From an uncultured Lacinutrix sp. (GTDB taxonomy: Bacteria > Bacteroidota > Bacteroidia > Flavobacteriales > Flavobacteriaceae): a stretch of DNA of 64,000 bases. Shown one piece after another: positions 48,712-58,087 of this stretch. Every line of letters begins with the position of its first letter. Positions within the stretch are counted from its first letter, which is position 1. The stretch lies in contig NZ_CANMRQ010000001.1 of assembly GCF_947500325.1 (NCBI RefSeq), forward strand, positions 1 to 64,000. The letters run 5' to 3'. The notes beneath the pieces were generated by a model. That model saw only the letters and a program-made list of their open reading frames with translations, was not told the origin of the DNA and searched no databases. The translations under genes and the position numbers were made by a program.

Positions 48712-49407
48712 TTAGTTATTTAATTCATTGCGTAAATCATTTTTTAATGCGCAACGTTGTTTTTTATATTTTTTTACAACTGTATTCTTTTTAAAATTTG
48801 AGCCTTTAAAAACTTGTATAGGATTACCTCTTTCTAATTTTAAATGGTTTCCCCATTGGTTTTTAATACTCATTTGTAAAGCTTCTAATTGTATTGCGCT
48901 TACTTTTTCTTGCAAGCGTATTTTTGCTATTTTTTTATTTTGATGTTGTGAGCGGCTATCCATAACTAATACTTGTGTTTTAGTTAGTTTATGAATAGCC
49001 CTAATAGCGGAGCTCACTTTATTTACATGCTGTCCTCCAGGTCCAGAACTACGAGTTGCTTGATATGTAATATCTTTGTCATGAATTTGAAATTCTTGAC
49101 TTTGTTCTATCTCATATAAACCCACAAACCAATTTTTACGTTTATGATTTGGCCTAAAAGCCGAAACGCCTATCCACTGTATTGTTCCTTTCCATTGACT
49201 TAAAAACACCTCTAGGTTTTCTCCTTTTAATTGAACAGTAACCGACTGCAATGTCAAATTCTCTATTCCTTTTTCCCTTTGTAATATTTTATAATCAATA
49301 GCATTGCGTTTTACAGCTTCTAAAAATTGCTTTAAAACTTGAGCCACAACCCAACAACATTCTGCTGGTCCTCGACCTGAGGTTATTTGTATTATTTTAG
49401 TATTCAT
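48712..49407 (-). CDS. prfH: peptide chain release factor homologue PrfH (GGQ-containing; RtcB2-associated)
   Basis: matches E. coli PrfH block-by-block: GPAECC, WKGTIQWIGVSAFRPNHKRKNWFVG, RSSGPGGQHVNK, ERGNP; 231 aa. Confidence 0.85.
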   Translation of the reverse strand: MNTKIIQITSGRGPAECCWVVAQVLKQFLEAVKRNAIDYKILQREKGIENLTLQSVTVQLKGENLEVFLSQWKGTIQWIGVSAFRPNHKRKNWFVGLYEIEQSQEFQIHDKDITYQATRSSGPGGQHVNKVSSAIRAIHKLTKTQVLVMDSRSQHQNKKIAKIRLQEKVSAIQLEALQMSIKNQWGNHLKLERGNPIQVFKGSNFKKNTVVKKYKKQRCALKNDLRNELNN

Positions 49408-49966
49408 TTTTATATACTTTTTCTAAAGGATTTTTAGACAGTAATACATTACCAACAGGATTTTCACCTTTCGCAATTAATTGTAACGCTGCTTTTACTG
49501 CCCAGCATTTATCGCTAGAATGAATGTTAGAGTAGAAGCTTAATAACGTTTTTGGCTCAACTAATGTCCAACCATTTACTTTTATAACTTCTACTGTCGC
49601 AGATTCAAAAAAATCTATAGTTACTCTTACTTGTTTTCCTGTTTCTAGCCAATCTATTTTCTCGTAACGTCTAAAATTTTCGTTACTTGGCATATGGTCA
49701 TATCGTGTCCACACTTTTTCGAAACCATTGGCTGCTAGTACTACCATCACTTCTGCAACATCTTTTGGATGTACAAAAATGTCTATATCCTTATGATCAT
49801 GCGCATGTTTGTATTCTGTATGGTCTTCTGGTGACATAAAATGCCATGCCCAACCTCCTGAAATAATAATCCATGCTTTTAATTTATTTAAAATGTCCAA
49901 ACCCTTTTCTATTCTATAGTTTGGCCATTGCTCTCCGTATCTTTTTATGTTATGATTTGCTCCCAT
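49397..49966 (-). CDS. hypothetical protein, possible minimal nucleotidyltransferase (GG...DIDI motif)
   Basis: ISGGWAW...DHKDIDIFV; 189 aa; overlaps prfH start. Confidence 0.35.
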   Translation of the reverse strand: MGANHNIKRYGEQWPNYRIEKGLDILNKLKAWIIISGGWAWHFMSPEDHTEYKHAHDHKDIDIFVHPKDVAEVMVVLAANGFEKVWTRYDHMPSNENFRRYEKIDWLETGKQVRVTIDFFESATVEVIKVNGWTLVEPKTLLSFYSNIHSSDKCWAVKAALQLIAKGENPVGNVLLSKNPLEKVYKNEY

Positions 49967-49992
49967 AATTCCTTTGTTTTTAAAGCAAAAAT

Positions 49993-51384
49993 TTACCTAG
50001 CCATTCTCACTATTTTTGGTGTAAACTTGCCAACAACCTCAACTAATTCTAATTGATTTTGCATCACTTTTTCAATGTTTTTATATGCCATTGGCGCCTC
50101 GTCAATACCGCCTCCAATTAAAGAGACGTCATGCTTTTGCAATTCTTTTTTTATTGCACTTTGCGTTAATGTCATTTTACATTGTCGTCTTGACAATAAA
50201 CGTCCTGCACCGTGAGATGCCGATTGTAAACTCTCTGTATTACCTAATCCTCTAACTATAAATCCTGGCGCCGTCATAGATCCAGGAATAATACCTAGCT
50301 CTCCTTTTTTTGCTGGTGTCGCTCCTTTTCTATGTACTATACATTCTTGACCATTTACGTCTTGTTTCCAAGCGAAATTGTGATGATTTTCTATTTTGGC
50401 AATTGGTCTTTCTCCTAATAATTTACCTATGCGTTTATGAATATCATCATGGCAAGCTTTTGCATAATCTCCAGCCAAATTCATAGCTAGCCAATATTCT
50501 TGTCCGTCGTGAGTATTTAAATCTAACCATGCTAAATGCTGTACATGTTTTGGTAACGGACATTGCTTTGTTGCCAAATATGTATAATGCTTAGCGATGT
50601 TAGCACCCAAACCTCTTGAACCACTATGTGATAAAACACCTAAGTATTCTCCTATTGGTAAATCCCATTCGTTATTTACATCTAGAATACTTACTTGACC
50701 AAATTCGACAAAATGATTGCCGCCACCCGAAGTTCCTAATTGCTTATAAGCTTTATCTTTTAAGCGTTTTACTAACGGAATCGTTTTAAACTCTTCACGT
50801 TCAAAAACTGGATCATCATGTTTTATTTTGTGCGTTTCGTACATCCCAAATTTGGTGTGCTCCGACAAAATATTTTCCAATTGATGCTTCTTTCCTTTTA
50901 AATAAGAGGCTTTAACGGGATATATAGTTAAACACATTCTGCACCCAATATCTACGCCTACACCATAAGGAATAACAGCATCTTTTGTTGCTAATACGCC
51001 TCCAATTGGCAATCCATATCCTACATGTGCATCTGGCATTAAAGCACCAGCAACTGCAATTGGTAGTTTTAAAGCATCGAATAATTGATACTTTGCTTTA
51101 TCGTCGATTTCATTGTCTCCATAGATTTGAAATGGTGCGCGATGTGTATTTAATACTTGCTTTTTTACCACTACAGGATCTAATAAACTTTCGGCTATTT
51201 TACCCCAAACACCATCACCTTTATAAGCCTCAGGATTTAATAATACTTTCTTTGCTTCTATTAATATTTTTTCTTTTTTTATTCTTTTCTGGTAACGATT
51301 AATTTGACCTAAAGTCACATTAATACTATTGTTTTTCGGAAAGCCTAACTTGATTAAGTCTTTCCCGCTTAATTTCTTTCCCAT
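49993..51384 (-). CDS. rtcB: RtcB-family RNA ligase, PrfH-associated paralog (RtcB2-type)
   Basis: RtcB motifs PDAHVGYG, GCRMC, GGGNHF, HSGSRGLG, HHN; 463 aa; same operon as prfH. Confidence 0.8.
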   Translation of the reverse strand: MGKKLSGKDLIKLGFPKNNSINVTLGQINRYQKRIKKEKILIEAKKVLLNPEAYKGDGVWGKIAESLLDPVVVKKQVLNTHRAPFQIYGDNEIDDKAKYQLFDALKLPIAVAGALMPDAHVGYGLPIGGVLATKDAVIPYGVGVDIGCRMCLTIYPVKASYLKGKKHQLENILSEHTKFGMYETHKIKHDDPVFEREEFKTIPLVKRLKDKAYKQLGTSGGGNHFVEFGQVSILDVNNEWDLPIGEYLGVLSHSGSRGLGANIAKHYTYLATKQCPLPKHVQHLAWLDLNTHDGQEYWLAMNLAGDYAKACHDDIHKRIGKLLGERPIAKIENHHNFAWKQDVNGQECIVHRKGATPAKKGELGIIPGSMTAPGFIVRGLGNTESLQSASHGAGRLLSRRQCKMTLTQSAIKKELQKHDVSLIGGGIDEAPMAYKNIEKVMQNQLELVEVVGKFTPKIVRMAR

Positions 51385-51432
51385 TGTTTTAGTTTTTAAT
51401 GAGAAGGTGAAAATTAAATCACCTTCTCTTTT

Positions 51433-52806
51433 TTAATTCATCATTGTTTTCAAAATGAAATACATAATCCAAAAGATTATTTTCAATACCAAAGTAGAAT
51501 CATAATTTTGCTTCTCAGTCATTTGTCTACGTTCAACTAGCCTAGCATATGCTTGCTGTTGACCATGAGCTTGGTATGGTCTTTCGTATTCCATCTCTTT
51601 TTTTCGCCTAACTTGTGAATTGTTAATCCAGTGATTTATTAATTCAACAGATTTACTGTCAGGATCTTGATTACACTTTGCTTTAGCTTGAACAATTGTA
51701 TAGCTTGGTAATTCTATTTCTAAAGTAACCAAGCGTTTCATTGGTTTACCTTCAATTTCTTGTCTTAAAGAAAAAATTGAACACCTTCCTTCATCACAAT
51801 CGTCATCGTATTCAGAAACACAGTGTTGCATTTCATTTCCTTCATCATAAAGCTCCCCTGAACTTAAAAGCTCTTCAGTTTTATAAATAACTTTTTTATT
51901 ATCTAAAGTTTCTTCAAAGTATAAAGGCTTAATTCCTGATGAGCTCCAAGAAAATTCCTCCCCTTTTTCTTTTAAGTAAACACTACGATGCCATTCTTGC
52001 GTTTGATTCAACAATGAGCTGAATGTTCTATTTTTCATTGAAAGCGACTGATTATCACGATATTTATATGCTAAATAATCAACAACTTCATCTAATTCAT
52101 TAACATTTAAATTTTCTTCTTTTGAAAAAAACTGAACAACTGATGCCCAAAAACATTCTTGCTCTTCTCTTATAATTGATAACCTTGAAAATGCAATCAT
52201 TTTAGAGGTTTTTGTTGAAGCTCCATAACCTAATGCTTGTGCGTAACGTAAAGCTTCATTAACCGACAAAAATGAAGGAGCATTTCTAAACTCATGCGCC
52301 ATTTTATCTGTTAGCTTTATTGGCATATTAGATAAGCTTTTTACACTTTTTCCTTTTCCCAACTGAACGTACCAAAACATGTGTTTTTTTTCACTTATAT
52401 AAAATGAGTTTTCTAAAAACGTTGGTGTTACATATAATGCAAAACAGTGTTTTATTACTGCGCTTAGTTGTTTTTCTTCTTGCAAACATTCGTTTTGCCA
52501 ATCTTCAATATTTCTTACTATTTTATTACCAAAACCACTTATATTATGAAGAACACTAACACTGTTATAATTTCTTAATAATGCATAACACTTTTGGTTG
52601 TACAAGTGAATTAATAACCTCTTAAAAGTTTCTCTTTTCCATGTGTATTTTCTCTTGCTGGTTTTAGAAAAAAATTCACGAAGCATTGATTCTATAGAGC
52701 CTTTATAACGAGTAGGCTTATTATTTTCGTTATATATTTTTTCAACTAATTTTATATAACTCCCTTTATGTAAGTGTTTGTTCTCTACATTCTTATTTGT
52801 TTTCAT
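51433..52806 (-). CDS. hypothetical protein, possibly PcfJ-like (tentative)
   Basis: 457 aa; C-terminal MQHCVSEY...C.EGRCSIF Cys/His cluster. Confidence 0.35.
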   Translation of the reverse strand: MKTNKNVENKHLHKGSYIKLVEKIYNENNKPTRYKGSIESMLREFFSKTSKRKYTWKRETFKRLLIHLYNQKCYALLRNYNSVSVLHNISGFGNKIVRNIEDWQNECLQEEKQLSAVIKHCFALYVTPTFLENSFYISEKKHMFWYVQLGKGKSVKSLSNMPIKLTDKMAHEFRNAPSFLSVNEALRYAQALGYGASTKTSKMIAFSRLSIIREEQECFWASVVQFFSKEENLNVNELDEVVDYLAYKYRDNQSLSMKNRTFSSLLNQTQEWHRSVYLKEKGEEFSWSSSGIKPLYFEETLDNKKVIYKTEELLSSGELYDEGNEMQHCVSEYDDDCDEGRCSIFSLRQEIEGKPMKRLVTLEIELPSYTIVQAKAKCNQDPDSKSVELINHWINNSQVRRKKEMEYERPYQAHGQQQAYARLVERRQMTEKQNYDSTLVLKIIFWIMYFILKTMMN

Positions 52807-53261
52807 TTTAAAGTTCTTTACTAGATTATTTTCTATGTAAAGCCACTCAAATTTTTAATACACATTGTTAAATTGTATGCATTTATAATCATATCTTAAT
52901 TTGGCTTTTACTATTTAATGAGAAGCTGCATTTTATATTAGCTTTCGTTTCAACATCCCTTAAAAGGGTTCACTTCGAACAATTGATATCCGGAATTTTT
53001 AAGCCTAAACTACTTTTGAAAAAAAGGCATACAAAAAAGTCCGAAACTTTTGGCTTCGGACTCTTTGTATGATAAAAATAGATCTCTATTTATCTGGAAA
53101 GAAGTCTCGAAGCGAGTATACTAAAGAACCTAGTTCTTCAATTATACTTTTGTTTACATTGGTATTAAACATTTTACTTCGTTTTAATATTTATTTTGTT
53201 GCAGTATTGCGGTGCAAATATAGAATGTAATTTTTGAAAAATCCAAATAAAAAATAAAATT

Positions 53262-53447
53262 AATTTGCTGAAAATCAATTAGTTAAATTGATTTTAGGCA
53301 ATAGAATTCCTGCCCGAATTTCTTCAGATATGTAATTCCTTGACAGTGTGCTATGTAATTAATCAATACACAATTTTTAGGCATTTACAGGTTTTTATTT
53401 TTTTTATAAAAAAAAAGCGTCCAAATTAAATTATTTGGACGCTTTCA
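53262..53447 (-). repeat. repeat block 2, paralogous to 45795-45992
   Basis: TTTTAGGCAATAGAATTCCTGCCCG core and GCGTCCAAATAATTTAATTTGGACGC hairpin. Confidence 0.5.
53409..53447 (-). terminator. rho-independent terminator for the minus-strand gene 53615-54676
   Basis: minus strand: GCGTCCAAATAATTTAATTTGGACGC followed by T9. Confidence 0.6.
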
Positions 53448-53614
53448 CTATTTTTTATTTATATATACCTACTAAATATATCTACAATAGCGCAATTTTG
53501 CGTCCTTATTATGTGATTTAAATAGATTCATATAGGTGTGTTTATTTTTTTATGCTGTACAAATATGTGAATTTTATTTGAAATATTCACAATAAGTATA
53601 AATGTATTTATTTT

Positions 53615-54676
53615 CTATTCCAAGATCTTATTAATGTATTTGAAACCCAAAAGATCTAATGCTTTTAACTTATCTAAAGTTATCTTATCAAGAAAAGAAA
53701 GTATTACCTCTCCATTTTTTAATCGAATGTGAGTAATAAACTCAGAAACATCTATTACATCTCCAAACATTTCAGATTTAAATTTTATAAAAGATTCCTC
53801 ATTCTCGAAAACATAGATATCTACATCCGAAAGAAAAGTAATTAGGCCATATTTTAAACTAAATTTTTTTTCTTTAAAAAGACCAACTTTGCTTACATAG
53901 ATTTCACTTGGGTTTGCTTTAAATTTTTGTAACCATATTTCATTTTGAATTACATCTTTATTTAAGACAAAAGCCTCTTCTATAAAACTTAAGTCTATAT
54001 TAACAGACTCTTTAGATATTTCATAAACTGTATTCTCTAAAGGAATTTCTTTTTCCCAGTCTAAACAGTAAGTATTAAGAGGAATTCTTGATGTGTTTGA
54101 AGGTATTAACGCTTCGGCTTCTCCAGTATAACTAGCTTCTAATTGAAATTCGGAATTAAACTTTATATTATGTAAAAAGGAAAACAATGTTTTTAGCGTT
54201 TTTGGAACAGATATTAAATTTTGAGGATTTCCTACTAAAGGCTTTAGTTTCATTGCTTTATTGTCTAACCAATTAACACAAAACTCTGTTCCCAAATCGA
54301 TACTTGTGTTAAAGTTTGTATTTAAAACAGCTTCAGAAGCTGTGCCTCTTGTTGTTTTAAGTTGAAATGCTCCTAAATCAATTCCATCAGAAAGATTCAT
54401 ATAAAAACATGTTTCACCTAAAGGTTTTATAGCAAAACCAGCACTTAGCTCAATATCTTCATATAACTTAGTACCAATACTAACATCTAAAGATTTTCCA
54501 TCGAATTTAAAATCCATAGACATTCCTTTTGTTAATTCAATAGAATTATTGAGACTTAGACCATCTTTAGTAGCAATTATTTTACCTGAAAGTATTTTTT
54601 TTTCTGTTTTATCTTGTTGAGCATAATTACTAAGAAGGCTACATGAAATAAAGAAAAGAGTAAATAATGATTTCAT
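53615..54676 (-). CDS. secreted hypothetical protein
   Basis: signal peptide, 353 aa. Confidence 0.45.
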   Translation of the reverse strand: MKSLFTLFFISCSLLSNYAQQDKTEKKILSGKIIATKDGLSLNNSIELTKGMSMDFKFDGKSLDVSIGTKLYEDIELSAGFAIKPLGETCFYMNLSDGIDLGAFQLKTTRGTASEAVLNTNFNTSIDLGTEFCVNWLDNKAMKLKPLVGNPQNLISVPKTLKTLFSFLHNIKFNSEFQLEASYTGEAEALIPSNTSRIPLNTYCLDWEKEIPLENTVYEISKESVNIDLSFIEEAFVLNKDVIQNEIWLQKFKANPSEIYVSKVGLFKEKKFSLKYGLITFLSDVDIYVFENEESFIKFKSEMFGDVIDVSEFITHIRLKNGEVILSFLDKITLDKLKALDLLGFKYINKILE

Positions 54677-54856
54677 ATTATATTGTTTTTTAATGAGTTA
54701 AATCAAAAATAAATGTTTTACTATATTCATATTATCCCCAGTATCGGGTATTTTAGTCTCTTTTATTTAAGTTTCACTTTTATTTTTTAATATTTACTAC
54801 GCAAATTATTTACGTTGTAAGTATTATTTTTAAATTTTGTAATAAAGAGAATTAAC

Positions 54857-56578
54857 ATGGCAGTAAATAAAAACGCATTAATTCGTTATAAAACTATAGA
54901 TAAATGTCTTCAAAATAATTTTAGACAATGGACACTTAATGACTTAATAGAAGCTGTATCTGATGCGCTTTACGAATACGAAGGCAAAGATATAGATGTA
55001 AGTAAACGTACAGTGCAATTAGACCTTCAAATGATGCGTAGCGATAAACTAGGTTATAATGCTCCTATTGTGGTTTATAATAGAAAATATTATAAGTACG
55101 ATGATGACAATTATAGTATTACAAATAGCCCTATTTCTAATCAAGATTTAACAAAATTATCTGAAGCTGTTTCTTTTTTAAAACAATTCCAAGGATTTTC
55201 CCATTTTAAAGAACTAGGAAGCATGGTTCAAAAACTAGAAGACCATGTATACACCCAAAAAACACAAGAAAAATCGTTAATTGATTTTGAAAAAAATGAA
55301 AACTTGAAAGGTCTAGAGTTTCTAGATGAATTATATCAATTTATTCTTAAAAAACAAGCTATTGAAATTACATACCAGTCTTTTAAAGCAAGACAAGAAA
55401 ATACATTTACATATTATCCTTATTTATTAAAAGAATATAGAAATCGATGGTTTGTTATTGGTAAAAGAAAGAAAAATGAAGGCATAATGAACTTAGCTTT
55501 AGACCGCATTATTTCAATTAATAAAAGCTCTAAAACTTATACAATTGACAGCTCTTTTGATTCTAAAACATACTATAAAGATGTTATAGGCGTATCTGTA
55601 AGTCCAAATATGGCTGCAGAAGATGTTGTGTTTTATGTTAACCATAAACACGCTCCTTATGTTATTACAAAACCTTTTCATAAATCTCAAAAAATTATAG
55701 ATCGTGATAATTATGGTGTTACTTTCTCTATGCAAGTGCAACTTAATTTTGAATTAGAAAAGGAAATTTTAGGGCTTGGGGAATCTATTAAAATTATAGC
55801 TCCAGAGCGTTTAAAACGGAATATTAAAGAACGTTTATATGATGCTATTGACACTTATGAAACAGAGATTAGTGATAAAAATTTACGAACTATAGCAAAA
55901 CGATTAGAATATAAAGGGTTCGGTATTTTAAATCACATATATTCAAAGCGTGATATTAGAAAACTTAAAGCACGATTTGATAGTTATATAAAACAGAACA
56001 ATGAACAAGCTTATGGTATGCGAGAAGTCTTATTAAAAATGCCTGAACTTAAGGGTATTCTTTTTAATAAAAACTTTAGAAAACTTATTAAGTCTATTGA
56101 TAAAAATGTGTTTTTAACTAAAGCTATTTATTTTGACAAATCTCCAAATGAAAATTGGTATGTTAATTGGCACCAAGATGTCCCTATTAATGTTAGTAAA
56201 AAAATAGAAACTAATAATTTCTCGTCTTGGACAAATAAAAAAGGTGTTATTAGTGTTTGTCCTCCGCAAAAAATTTCTCAGAATACTTTTTCTATGCGCA
56301 TTCATTTAGATGATACCTCCATAAAAAATGGAGCCTTAAAGGTTATTCCTGGTTCGCATAACAAGCGTTTAAAAGACGATGAGATACAATTAATAAGCTC
56401 AAATTCAATACCTTTTATATGTGAAGTTGCTTCAGGTGGTGTTCAATTATTAAAACCGTTACTTCTTCACGCTTCTTCTAAAACTACTACTCAAAAAAGG
56501 CGCCGTGTACTACATTTAGAATTTTCTTCTATTGCGTTACCAAATGGCTTAGAATATGCTGAAAAAGAAGTGTTATAA
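54857..56578 (+). CDS. HTH-WYL domain regulator fused to a PhyH-type Fe(II)/2-oxoglutarate dioxygenase domain
   Basis: N-terminal HTH (SKRTVQLDLQMM), WYL-like core YYPYLLKEYRNRWFVIG, C-terminal WHQDVP (HxD) and VIPGSH motifs; 573 aa. Confidence 0.55.
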   Translation: MAVNKNALIRYKTIDKCLQNNFRQWTLNDLIEAVSDALYEYEGKDIDVSKRTVQLDLQMMRSDKLGYNAPIVVYNRKYYKYDDDNYSITNSPISNQDLTKLSEAVSFLKQFQGFSHFKELGSMVQKLEDHVYTQKTQEKSLIDFEKNENLKGLEFLDELYQFILKKQAIEITYQSFKARQENTFTYYPYLLKEYRNRWFVIGKRKKNEGIMNLALDRIISINKSSKTYTIDSSFDSKTYYKDVIGVSVSPNMAAEDVVFYVNHKHAPYVITKPFHKSQKIIDRDNYGVTFSMQVQLNFELEKEILGLGESIKIIAPERLKRNIKERLYDAIDTYETEISDKNLRTIAKRLEYKGFGILNHIYSKRDIRKLKARFDSYIKQNNEQAYGMREVLLKMPELKGILFNKNFRKLIKSIDKNVFLTKAIYFDKSPNENWYVNWHQDVPINVSKKIETNNFSSWTNKKGVISVCPPQKISQNTFSMRIHLDDTSIKNGALKVIPGSHNKRLKDDEIQLISSNSIPFICEVASGGVQLLKPLLLHASSKTTTQKRRRVLHLEFSSIALPNGLEYAEKEVL

Positions 56579-56614
56579 TCTCTATTTAGAGTGTTTCTTA
56601 TATATAATTAATGT

Positions 56615-56911
56615 CTATGACATTGGTAATATCTCTATTACTTTTCCATAAACATTTTTTGTCCATCCATTAATTCTACCGTGATTATTACCAATTAATA
56701 ATCCCCGTTTGTTATTTTTCCCTTTTACAAGGTGTGTAAAACAATTGCCTCTCACTTTACAGTAAACAATATCTCCTGTTTCACAATCTTCCCATTGAAT
56801 AGGTTTAAGCTTAACAGGTTGCTTTGACTTAAGTCGTGGTAGCATAGAATTTCCTGGTTCTTTTGAAATAATGGTCTCGCCATTTTGTAGTTTTTGAATT
56901 TTCCAATTCAT
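56615..56911 (-). CDS. S24-family (LexA/UmuD-like) peptidase domain protein
   Basis: GNSMLP serine motif and downstream KG.. lysine region; 98 aa. Confidence 0.5.
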   Translation of the reverse strand: MNWKIQKLQNGETIISKEPGNSMLPRLKSKQPVKLKPIQWEDCETGDIVYCKVRGNCFTHLVKGKNNKRGLLIGNNHGRINGWTKNVYGKVIEILPMS

Positions 56912-57021
56912 AATATTTAATTTTAAATGTTATATAAGCCACTATTGACTTATATATCCTTCAAAATTGTTTCAAAAGCATTTTTCAATGAACTAATGCA
57001 AAGATATATAAATTATTGTAT

Positions 57022-57930
57022 TTACTTTATAAAGACTTCTTCTCCTTTTTTAATTGCAGAATGGTGCTCGAAAAAAATAACCTCATCATTTAAACTCGCT
57101 TCAATTAAGTAGTAATTACCTTTAAAATAACATTGTACTACCTTTACTTTTAAATTAGAATGCGCTACTATTTTTAGTTGATAAGAATACACAATCTCAT
57201 TATTTATAATATTAAATTCTCCAAAAAAAGAAGCTATTAAAGGAGTCTCTGGATTGCTATATAATTCTTGAGGCGTATTATTTGCAACTATCATGTTATT
57301 ATCTAAAACAAGCATCTTATCTGCATAACCTAACACATCTTCTTTATCGTGTGTTGCTACAATGCAGGTAATTTTTTTCTTTTTTAAGTAGCTAAAAATA
57401 TTACGCCTTAAGGACTGTTTCTTAAAATTATCTATATGACTAAATGGCTCATCAAGTAATAAAATTTCTGGCTGCTTAGCTAATGCTCTTGCTAATGCTA
57501 CACGTTGTTTTTGTCCCCCAGAAAGGAGTTTTACTTTTGTTTTAGTAAAAGACTGTAATTCTACTACATCTAATAATTCTGCAACACGCTGTTTTTTTTC
57601 TTCTGGATAAAAATTAGATAGAAATTGACCTATATTTTCTTCAACCGATATATAAGGCTCTAATTCAAATTCTTGAGCAACATATTTCATAAAGTCATAA
57701 CCAACAACAAGATTGAATTTAGGTCCTAGTATGTCTTCGTCTTTCCATAAGACCTGACCTTTATTTAAATCGTATTCACCGCGAAGCACTTTTAATAGTG
57801 TGCTTTTTCCAGAGCCACTTTCTCCAATAATAGCTATATATTCTCCAGCTTCAGCTTTAAAGGAAATATCTTTTAAGACAGTTTTCTTTTTATAACTAAA
57901 GTGAATGTTTTTTACTTGAAGCATGAACAA
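57022..57930 (-). CDS. ABC transporter ATP-binding protein
   Basis: Walker A GESGSGKST, signature LSGGQKQR, Walker B ILLLDE; 302 aa. Confidence 0.8.
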   Translation of the reverse strand: MFMLQVKNIHFSYKKKTVLKDISFKAEAGEYIAIIGESGSGKSTLLKVLRGEYDLNKGQVLWKDEDILGPKFNLVVGYDFMKYVAQEFELEPYISVEENIGQFLSNFYPEEKKQRVAELLDVVELQSFTKTKVKLLSGGQKQRVALARALAKQPEILLLDEPFSHIDNFKKQSLRRNIFSYLKKKKITCIVATHDKEDVLGYADKMLVLDNNMIVANNTPQELYSNPETPLIASFFGEFNIINNEIVYSYQLKIVAHSNLKVKVVQCYFKGNYYLIEASLNDEVIFFEHHSAIKKGEEVFIK

Positions 57931-57940
57931 AAACAGGTTG

Positions 57941-58030
57941 CCAAAAATCTAGTGCAATGTCATATTGAGCTTGTCGAAACATTTAGTCTTCACTACTAAC
58001 TAAAATAGGTTTCGACAGGCTTAACCTGAC
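57941..58030. repeat. intergenic element related to the TGTCAT-CTGAGC...TCGAA motif family, with GCTTGTCGAAAC / GTTTCGACAGGC inverted repeat
   Basis: sequence similarity to 8869-8895 and 7517-7545. Confidence 0.4.
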
Positions 58031-58087
58031 AAATTAAAATTATCATGATTTTTGGTAATCTTTAAAATTTAATAGTTAAAAATAAAA

